From contig JAWXBH010000106.1 of the NCBI GenBank assembly GCA_034439935.1, forward strand, positions 892 to 64,891: DNA of 64,000 nt. Reading direction: 5' to 3'. This DNA is from a bacterium. Lineage in GTDB: Bacteria > Bacteroidota > Ignavibacteria > Tepidaquicellales > Tepidaquicellaceae. Below, piece by piece: positions 10,654 to 17,830 of this stretch (its first letter is position 1; each line of letters starts with the position of its first letter). Position numbers and translations under genes: made by a program. A model generated the notes under the pieces. It was not told the DNA's origin, ran no database searches, and saw nothing but the letters and a program-made list of their open reading frames with translations.

Positions 10654-11850
10654 GTGAGTTCTAAAAAAAATTCCAAAATAAAAATTTTAGATATAAAGTC
10701 TAAAATGACTTTGGATAAACTGAAAAAGAAAAAAATTATTATACTGGATATTGAAGAGACAACTTTCATACCTTACATCCTCCCCATTTTTAAATCTTTG
10801 ACCGAAAAGACAAATTTAATTTCTTATTACATAGCTACACATTATCCCGGAGATAAATCGCTGGAAGTATTCGGAATTCCTTTGAAGAAACATTTTAGTG
10901 TTGACATCAGCAGGCAGCTTAACTTAGCAAATATATTTTTATCTCCACATATTTACGGAGTGGGAAATTCTTCCTCTGTGAGGATCCACATAAACCATAA
11001 TCAACCTGTAAAATATCAGGCATATCAGAAAAGTGATTTCAAGAACTTTGATGTTCATTTTTTGACAAGCCCTCTTCACCGCGAGCAAACTGAAAACACA
11101 ATTTCACAATACAATCTTAATGAAGACGATATTCAGTTGTACGATATTGGGTATGCAAAATCGGATGATCTGTTAAACGGAAAATTTGACAGGGTAAAAA
11201 TCCTGAAGGATCTGGATCTGGATCCGCTTCTCAAAACCGTTTTGTATGCACCTTCGTGGGATGAAGGTCTGTCACTAAGGAATTCCGGTGAGGAAGTGAT
11301 AGAGAATATTTTGAAAGTTGAAAATATAAATGTGATAGTAAAGCTTCATCCGATAAGTTATTGCCCTGAGAACGGTCCTAACTATTCATTCTATACCGGA
11401 GGAATAAACTGGATTGAAAAGCTGTCAAAGTTTGAATCACATAAAAATTTCAGACACATACCTACAAATAATATCGATCCGATATTGTCGGCAAGCGATG
11501 TATTGATCACTGATGTAAGCAGTGTTGCGCTGGAATTTATTGCGTTGGACAAGCCGGTCATATATGTAGACTGCCCGGAGTTTTATGAAAAAACATTACA
11601 AAAAACTTATGCAGGATTTGGTAATACCACCGCAGACTTCGTAAGGAATGATCCCAAAGCGAATGCAGGACGGCACACAGGAGATGTTGTTTTTGAGCTA
11701 AAGGAATTATCCGAGATGATAATAAATACTTTGGAGAATCCGTATAAAAATTCAGATAAGAGAAAGGAATTTGCGAAGCAATTAATTTATAATCCAGGAA
11801 GAGCTGCTGATAAAGCGGCAGAAAAAATCATTGAAATTCTGAATCTGTGA
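10654..11850 (+). CDS. CDP-glycerol glycerophosphotransferase (TagB/TagF) family transferase
   Basis: LYAPSWDEG, VKLHP, DVLITDVSSVALEFIALDKPVIY match TagF-family motifs. The GTG start abuts the upstream stop. Confidence 0.7.
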   Translation: MSSKKNSKIKILDIKSKMTLDKLKKKKIIILDIEETTFIPYILPIFKSLTEKTNLISYYIATHYPGDKSLEVFGIPLKKHFSVDISRQLNLANIFLSPHIYGVGNSSSVRIHINHNQPVKYQAYQKSDFKNFDVHFLTSPLHREQTENTISQYNLNEDDIQLYDIGYAKSDDLLNGKFDRVKILKDLDLDPLLKTVLYAPSWDEGLSLRNSGEEVIENILKVENINVIVKLHPISYCPENGPNYSFYTGGINWIEKLSKFESHKNFRHIPTNNIDPILSASDVLITDVSSVALEFIALDKPVIYVDCPEFYEKTLQKTYAGFGNTTADFVRNDPKANAGRHTGDVVFELKELSEMIINTLENPYKNSDKRKEFAKQLIYNPGRAADKAAEKIIEILNL

Positions 11851-12647
11851 TTGAAGTAAAAGGCAAAGCTGAGCTGATAAAAAATTTATCCAGGTCCTGG
11901 AATGAAAGCGGGATTGACAAAGGCGACACTGTTTTGATACACAGCTCCCTCTCGAAATTTTTAAGATCTTACAGGGAGCAGGGAATTGAAATCACGCCAA
12001 TAGATATTCTGGAATCATTTATTGAAGCTGCCGGGACTAACGGAACTCTGATCTTCCCGACTTATAATTTTGATTTCACAAAAGGAAAAACTTTTGATAT
12101 CAGAAATTCGCGCTCAGAAACCGGTGTGTTGACGGAAACTGCGCGGCTTCATTCTGATTTTGTCAGAACAGGACATCCGTTGTTTTCATTTGCAGTTACC
12201 GGATATTACAAAGATAAGTTTACAGATCTTAATAATTACAGCGCGTTTGGAGATGATTCGCCTTTTGCAAAGCTGCTGGAGCTGGATGGAAAGATAGCGG
12301 CTCTTGATGTTGCAGGTGAATATTGCATGACATTTTATCATCACGTTGAAGAAATGGAAAAAGCTGTTAACCGGCATGATAAAATTTTCAAAGGAGAATA
12401 CATTGACATCAATGGAAATGAAAGCCATAGGGAATTTAATCTCTATGCAAGAAATCTTGAAATGAAAGTGGAGACTGACGTGCAGCCAATGGAAGAATAT
12501 CTTTGGTCAAAAGGTTTATATAAAGGATACCGTCCGGGTGAAGGAAGCTGTCTTCATGTTATTAAAGCAAGGACTGTTTACGATGAGACTGTTCAAATAA
12601 TCAGGGAAGGAAAGTCATTAGGCATGTTGTACAAAATCGGGAAGTGA
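11847..12647 (+). CDS. AAC(3)-family (Antibiotic_NAT fold) N-acetyltransferase
   Basis: GDTVLIHSSLSKF, GTLIFPTYNFDF, TGVLTE segments; GTGA overlap with the upstream gene. Confidence 0.65.
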   Translation: MIEVKGKAELIKNLSRSWNESGIDKGDTVLIHSSLSKFLRSYREQGIEITPIDILESFIEAAGTNGTLIFPTYNFDFTKGKTFDIRNSRSETGVLTETARLHSDFVRTGHPLFSFAVTGYYKDKFTDLNNYSAFGDDSPFAKLLELDGKIAALDVAGEYCMTFYHHVEEMEKAVNRHDKIFKGEYIDINGNESHREFNLYARNLEMKVETDVQPMEEYLWSKGLYKGYRPGEGSCLHVIKARTVYDETVQIIREGKSLGMLYKIGK

Positions 12648-12648
12648 A

Positions 12649-13935
12649 TTGAAGAAGCAGATAGAAAAATATTTTGACAGACTTTGGCATATTAACAGAA
12701 GCCTGACAGGGAACGGTAACCGTGAATCCTTTAAGATATTATCAGAGATAGTCGATCTTAAAATTAATGAAGTGCGTTCGGGTACAAAATGTTTTGACTG
12801 GACAGTTCCTCCGGAATGGAATGTAAAGGAAGCGTGGATCAAAGACAGCAGCGACAAAATAATTGCTGACTTTAAAAAAAATAATTTGCATCTGCTCGGT
12901 TATTCTGAAAAATTCAGCGGCACTTTAAGTCTCAAAGATCTGAAGGAGAATTTGTATTCATTACCGGAACAGCCGGATCTGATACCGTATTTAACATCTT
13001 ATTATAAGAAAAGGTGGGGATTCTGCTTAAGTCACAATCAGCTTAACAAGCTTAAGAATGAAAAGTACAAAGTAAAGATAGATTCAGAACTGAATGAGAA
13101 GGGTTTTATGACATACGGTGAAGCGGTTTTAAAAGGTAAGTCCTCGAAGGAAATTCTGCTTTCGACTTATATCTGTCACCCTTCAATGGCAAATAATGAA
13201 TTGTCAGGTCCATTGGTTACGTCTTTTATTTATAAAATTTTAAAAGAGGAAAAAAACAGACGCTATACATACAGATTTCTTTTTCTTCCGGAAACCATCG
13301 GGGCAATTTATTATTTATCAAGACACGGGAATGAACTGAAGAAAAAACTTGCGGCGGGTTATGTAATCACCTGTATTGGTGATAAGGGCAATTTTAGTTA
13401 TAAAAAAAGCCGCGATGGAAATACAATTGCAGACAGGGCAGCTATGCTGGTCTTAAATCAAAGTGGTGAAAAATTTAATCTCGAAGATTTTTTTCCCACA
13501 GGCAGTGATGAAAGACAATATTGTTCACCGGGGTTTAATCTTCCGGTTGGTTCTCTGATGAGAACGAGATATGGTAAATACAAAGAGTATCATACTTCAG
13601 CGGATAATAAGAATTTCATTTCCTTTGATGCGATGCAAAAATCAGTTGAGAAGTATATGTCTGTTATTAATGTGATTGAAAAAAATCTGATATATGTGAA
13701 CACCCTTCCTGATTGCGAGCCGCAGCTTGGGAAACGAGGTTTGTATCCTACGATAGGTTCACAAAAGGATACAACAGGTTTTGTGAATGCAATGATGTGG
13801 GTTTTAAATATGTCCGACGGTAAGAATGATTTGATCGATATAGCTGATAAAAGTAAAGTAAAGTTTGAGCTGATAGCAGAGGCAGCGGAGCGACTTTCAG
13901 AAAAAAATCTACTCAAGGTTAAGAGAAAAAGTTAA
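12649..13935 (+). CDS. DUF4910/DUF2172 aminopeptidase-like domain protein
   Basis: LWHINRSLTGNGNRES, FDWTVPPEW, CHPSMANNELSGP, FLPETIGA as in M28-fold aminopeptidase-like proteins of glycan loci. TTG start 1 nt after the upstream stop. Confidence 0.55.
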   Translation: MKKQIEKYFDRLWHINRSLTGNGNRESFKILSEIVDLKINEVRSGTKCFDWTVPPEWNVKEAWIKDSSDKIIADFKKNNLHLLGYSEKFSGTLSLKDLKENLYSLPEQPDLIPYLTSYYKKRWGFCLSHNQLNKLKNEKYKVKIDSELNEKGFMTYGEAVLKGKSSKEILLSTYICHPSMANNELSGPLVTSFIYKILKEEKNRRYTYRFLFLPETIGAIYYLSRHGNELKKKLAAGYVITCIGDKGNFSYKKSRDGNTIADRAAMLVLNQSGEKFNLEDFFPTGSDERQYCSPGFNLPVGSLMRTRYGKYKEYHTSADNKNFISFDAMQKSVEKYMSVINVIEKNLIYVNTLPDCEPQLGKRGLYPTIGSQKDTTGFVNAMMWVLNMSDGKNDLIDIADKSKVKFELIAEAAERLSEKNLLKVKRKS

Positions 13936-13941
13936 AAGGGT

Positions 13942-14919
13942 ATGCATCGATATATTATAACAGGATTTTCGGGATTTGTAAGCAAGAATTTTATTGAGTA
14001 TCTCAATGAAAATAAAATTCAGACATGCGTACTGGGAGTAGATGTTCACAATCCTTCCTTTGAGACCAAATGTTTTGAATGTCTGAATATTAAATTTGAA
14101 AAATCAGATCTCAGAGATAAGGACAGAATTGGCAAAATGATCTATGATTTCAAACCTGATTACATACTTCATCTTGCATCATACAGCAGTGTTGCCGGAA
14201 GCTGGAAAAGTCCAAATTCAAGTTTTCAGAATAATGTAAATATTTTTGTGAATTTGCTTGAAGGGATCAGAATGGCGGGTGTTAACTGCAGAATAATATC
14301 CGTGGGTTCTTCGGAGGAATACGGAGCGGTCAATGTTACGGATCTTCCACTTACTGAAAATCAGAAACTAAACCCATCGAGTCCATTTGGTATTGCAAGA
14401 TTCTCTCAGGAGATGATCGCGAAACTGTATTCAGATGTTTATGGACTTGATATTATGATGACGCGTTCATTCAATCATATCGGACCCGGACAAAAGGATA
14501 ATTATGCCGTTTCATCATTTGCAAAACAGCTTGTGGAAATCAAGATGAATAAGCTTGGAGAGTTTGTTGTTGCAGGTGATGTAAACATTGTCCGTGATTT
14601 TGTGGATGTGAGAGATGTAGTGCATGCATATCATCTTTTATTTTTGCGCGGAAAGAAAGGTGAGATATACAATATATGCAGCGGTTATGGGATCTCTCTT
14701 CATAATATTATTCAGATGATGTGTGAAATACTTGAGGTAAATATTATGATAAAGGAAGATAAGAAATTAAGAAGACCAAAAGATAATCCTGTTATAATCG
14801 GATCAAATGAAAAAATAAAACGAGAGTTGAACTGGTGCAATGAAATTCCTCTTGAAGATAGTTTGAGGAGTGTAATAAAATATTATATGGACGATAAAAT
14901 ATTAAGCGACGCAAGATGA
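13942..14919 (+). CDS. Extended SDR, NAD-dependent sugar epimerase/reductase-like, with non-canonical active-site residues
   Basis: ITGFSGFVS Rossmann start, GSSEEYG, RSFNHIGPGQ as in GDP-/NDP-sugar reductases. The canonical YxxxK position reads F-G-I-A-R (nt 14386-14400). Confidence 0.7.
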   Translation: MHRYIITGFSGFVSKNFIEYLNENKIQTCVLGVDVHNPSFETKCFECLNIKFEKSDLRDKDRIGKMIYDFKPDYILHLASYSSVAGSWKSPNSSFQNNVNIFVNLLEGIRMAGVNCRIISVGSSEEYGAVNVTDLPLTENQKLNPSSPFGIARFSQEMIAKLYSDVYGLDIMMTRSFNHIGPGQKDNYAVSSFAKQLVEIKMNKLGEFVVAGDVNIVRDFVDVRDVVHAYHLLFLRGKKGEIYNICSGYGISLHNIIQMMCEILEVNIMIKEDKKLRRPKDNPVIIGSNEKIKRELNWCNEIPLEDSLRSVIKYYMDDKILSDAR

Positions 14920-15044
14920 GTGTTGTTATTGATGCAGCAGAAAAAATGCTTAATTACAAAAATGAATTAAATGGAAAGGAAGAACTTGCAGAGAAGAGAA
15001 TGTTAACCCGGACTTCAAAAGAAAATTTTATTAAATACAGATGA
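14916..15044 (+). CDS. 42-codon micro-ORF (hypothetical), translationally coupled on both sides
   Basis: atg at 14916 overlaps the SDR stop (ATGA), and the stop at 15042-15044 overlaps the wzt start (ATGA). Product is MSVVIDAAEKMLNYKNELNGKEELAEKRMLTRTSKENFIKYR. Too short for the ORF track; coding status unproven. Confidence 0.2.
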   Translation: MSVVIDAAEKMLNYKNELNGKEELAEKRMLTRTSKENFIKYR

Positions 15045-16321
15045 GTGTAGTCATAAATGTGGATAATGTTTCCAAGCTTTACAGGCTGGGGATAATTTCT
15101 ACCAAAACAATAGCACAGGATTTTAACAGGCTAATTTCCAGAATACTGAAAAAAGAGAATCCGGATTTCAAGATTGGTGAAGTCAATGACCGGATGAAAA
15201 AAACCGATGGTCAGTTTGTCTGGGCTCTTAAGGATATTTCCTTTGAAGTAAATAAAGGAGAAGTTTTGGCGATCATAGGAAAGAACGGCGCGGGTAAATC
15301 AACGTTGCTGAAAATCTTATCGAGAGTTACAACACCATCCACCGGAAGCATAAAGATCAAAGGCAGGGTGGCTAGTTTACTTGAGGTCGGAACAGGATTT
15401 CATCAGGAGCTTACAGGCAGTGAGAATATTTACTTGAATGGTTCAATACTTGGAATGACGAAGTCAGAGATAAAAAAGAAATTTGACGAGATAGTAGACT
15501 TTTCAGGTATTGGAAAATATATTGATACACCCGTCAAGAGGTACTCATCCGGGATGTATGTGAGACTCGCATTTTCCGTTGCAGCTTATCTTGAGCCGGA
15601 TATACTTATAGTCGATGAAGTGCTGGCAGTAGGTGATGCTGAGTTTCAAAAAAAGTGTATCGGAAAGATGCAGGATGTCTCCGTAAAGGAAGGAAGAACG
15701 GTATTGTTTGTCAGTCATAACATGGCGGCTGTAAAGAATCTGTGTACAAGAGGATTAATTCTCCAGCACGGTAAGGTGGTATTTCAGGGAGACATTGAAA
15801 GTTCAATCAGTAAATATCTTTCTGTTGACGAATCAGTTGAGAAAATAATCTTAGAAAAAAGGACAGACAGGGCAGGTAACAACAAATTCAAGTTTATGGG
15901 AATACGACTTAAGGATAAGAGCAATAAAGAAATTTCGCAGTTAATATCAGGTGAAGAAGTTTCAATTGAAATGAATTACGAATGCGAAGAAAGTTTAAAG
16001 GGTAATTTAATAATTTCAATTGCATTTATGGATGTTTACGGAGATACAAAAGCGATGTTTGTTACTGATGAAATGGGAGTAAAGTTTGAGAACCCGGAGA
16101 AACAGGGAACGATCTATCTTAAAATTCCCAGACTGCTGTTAAGATCAGATAATTATTTTATAAAATTATTCGCGAGCCTGAACACAACACAGACAAATGA
16201 CGTTCTTGATTCAATTGAAAATGTAATTCAGGTACCTGTGCTGCAGGGAGATTTTTGGAAAACAGGTAAGATCAACAGAGTAGGTAATTTTGGAATAATG
16301 GACGGCGAGTTTTATAAATAA
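15041..16321 (+). CDS. wzt: Polysaccharide/teichoic-type ABC exporter ATP-binding protein with C-terminal Wzt-like carbohydrate-binding extension
   Basis: Walker A GKNGAGKST, signature YSSGMYVRLAF, Walker B ILIVDE, H-loop VSHN, then a ~170-aa beta-rich C-terminal extension. Confidence 0.8.
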   Translation: MSVVINVDNVSKLYRLGIISTKTIAQDFNRLISRILKKENPDFKIGEVNDRMKKTDGQFVWALKDISFEVNKGEVLAIIGKNGAGKSTLLKILSRVTTPSTGSIKIKGRVASLLEVGTGFHQELTGSENIYLNGSILGMTKSEIKKKFDEIVDFSGIGKYIDTPVKRYSSGMYVRLAFSVAAYLEPDILIVDEVLAVGDAEFQKKCIGKMQDVSVKEGRTVLFVSHNMAAVKNLCTRGLILQHGKVVFQGDIESSISKYLSVDESVEKIILEKRTDRAGNNKFKFMGIRLKDKSNKEISQLISGEEVSIEMNYECEESLKGNLIISIAFMDVYGDTKAMFVTDEMGVKFENPEKQGTIYLKIPRLLLRSDNYFIKLFASLNTTQTNDVLDSIENVIQVPVLQGDFWKTGKINRVGNFGIMDGEFYK

Positions 16322-16336
16322 TTTTATACATACTAA

Positions 16337-16522
16337 GAGCTAATTTTGGCAGGTAAAAATTTTTTAGTAGCGGGTGCAGACGGATTAATCGAAAGTATTA
16401 AACAGAGAAAAGGAAGAGCGGGAGTATTTACTGTAAGTGAAATGTCGCGGATCAATGTTGGCGACTGGAAGGAATTTAACCGGGCAGAAGAGATTTTAAA
16501 AAAGAGGAATGCAATTCAGTAA
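16337..16522 (+). pseudogene. Possible remnant of the C-terminus of a nucleotidyl(cytidylyl)transferase
   Basis: Open frame in the 213-nt gap: ...GKNFLVAGADGLIESIKQRKGRAGVFTVSEMSRINVGDWKEFNRAEEILKKRNAIQ*. The tail resembles the ...DIDTxEDxxxAE... ends of NeuA/KdsB/LicC-type enzymes. The only start is the TTG at 16346. Confidence 0.2.
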
Positions 16523-16534
16523 AAATAATTTGAC

Positions 16535-17830
16535 TTGTTAAAAGTACTTTTCTTAGGACATTGCAGCTATTACACAGTTTCACATCTTGCACGAGCCATT
16601 AAAGAAAACTCCGCTGATGTGAGCATTACAGCAGCAGACCTTATGAAACCGGATGGCAATGAGATCACTGATACTGAAAAGAAAATTTTCAATGATACCA
16701 TATCGCTTCCAAAAAAAAGTGACACAAGGTTAACAGGAAAGGACAGAGGTTTAGAACTCATTTCAATACTAAAAGAAAATCAAAGAAGGAAAATATTTTT
16801 TAACTACTTATTTAGATTACGCTTAAAAGCATTGAGTAATTATTTAAGCTCAGAGGCAGAGGAGAAAATCTATTCGCGGCTAATGAAGAGTGTGTTTGAA
16901 GGATATGATGTGTTCCATTTTCAGTATGTTGCTCCTGAATTCCTGACTCCGTTAAAATATGTTGACAGGATTAAGGTCAGCATCTTGACATTTTGGGGTT
17001 CTGACCTGTTTCAAACTACCGGGTTAGAAAACTACAGGAAGCAAATTGAAGCATTTGAAAAAGCAGATCTCATCACAATTAACACCAGTGAAATGCAGTA
17101 TGTATTTGCTTCTAAGTTCGGGGGAAAGTTTATGCCAAAAGTCAGGACAGCGTATTTCATATTGAGTGAAGCTAAATTTGATATGATAGATTCATGCAGA
17201 AATTATGACACGATAAGCGATTTTAAAAAGAAGTATGGAATACCGCAGGAAAAAAAAATTTTAACTATAGGATACAGTGCGTCATCAAAGCAAAAGCATG
17301 TTGAAATATTAAAAATTTTAAACCGTTTGGACAATGATACAAAGAAAAAGATGCACATTGTAATTCCTATGACCTACGGATTACAGTTTGAATCAACGGA
17401 CTATTTGGACGAGGTCATTAGTATCGCAGAACAATCTGATATCGGAACTACGGTACTGACAGAATATATAATAGGTGAAGACCTTACGAAATTCACGATC
17501 GCAAGTGAAATCAAATTGAATCTCCGTGATTCTGATATGATGAATGCATCATTAATAGAATCACTGACAGCAGGAAATATAGTCATAAACGGGGCATGGC
17601 TTCCGTATGGTAAGCTCAGGAGACTTGGTGTTCATTATCATGAGATAGAGAAGTTAGAAGATCTGACTGAAAAGATACCGGATATACTTGGGAACTTTGA
17701 ATCTGAAAAAGACAGAACCAAGGATAACAATAGAATAATAAGGAAATTTTTTTCGGAAAAAAATTTAGTGAAGGACTGGATTGAATTATATGATGAAGCA
17801 AAAAATGAAATTTTAAAAAAACAAAAATGA
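16535..17830 (+). CDS. GT56 (WecF, Fuc4NAc transferase)-like glycosyltransferase
   Basis: TFWGSDLF, ILTIGYSASSKQKHVEILKIL and HIVIPMTYG...YLDEV parallel my recollection of E. coli WecF segments HIWGADLY, ILVGNSGDRSNEHIAAL and VVVPMGYP...YIEEV. TTG start. Confidence 0.45.
   Translation: MLKVLFLGHCSYYTVSHLARAIKENSADVSITAADLMKPDGNEITDTEKKIFNDTISLPKKSDTRLTGKDRGLELISILKENQRRKIFFNYLFRLRLKALSNYLSSEAEEKIYSRLMKSVFEGYDVFHFQYVAPEFLTPLKYVDRIKVSILTFWGSDLFQTTGLENYRKQIEAFEKADLITINTSEMQYVFASKFGGKFMPKVRTAYFILSEAKFDMIDSCRNYDTISDFKKKYGIPQEKKILTIGYSASSKQKHVEILKILNRLDNDTKKKMHIVIPMTYGLQFESTDYLDEVISIAEQSDIGTTVLTEYIIGEDLTKFTIASEIKLNLRDSDMMNASLIESLTAGNIVINGAWLPYGKLRRLGVHYHEIEKLEDLTEKIPDILGNFESEKDRTKDNNRIIRKFFSEKNLVKDWIELYDEAKNEILKKQK

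Noticed and set aside
11847-12647. AAC(3)-like gene as an aminoglycoside-resistance determinant
   Set aside because: It is translationally coupled within a glycan operon, next to a DUF4910 partner. No mobile-element or resistance-island context is present. A sugar-amine acetylation role in glycan synthesis is more parsimonious, though untested.
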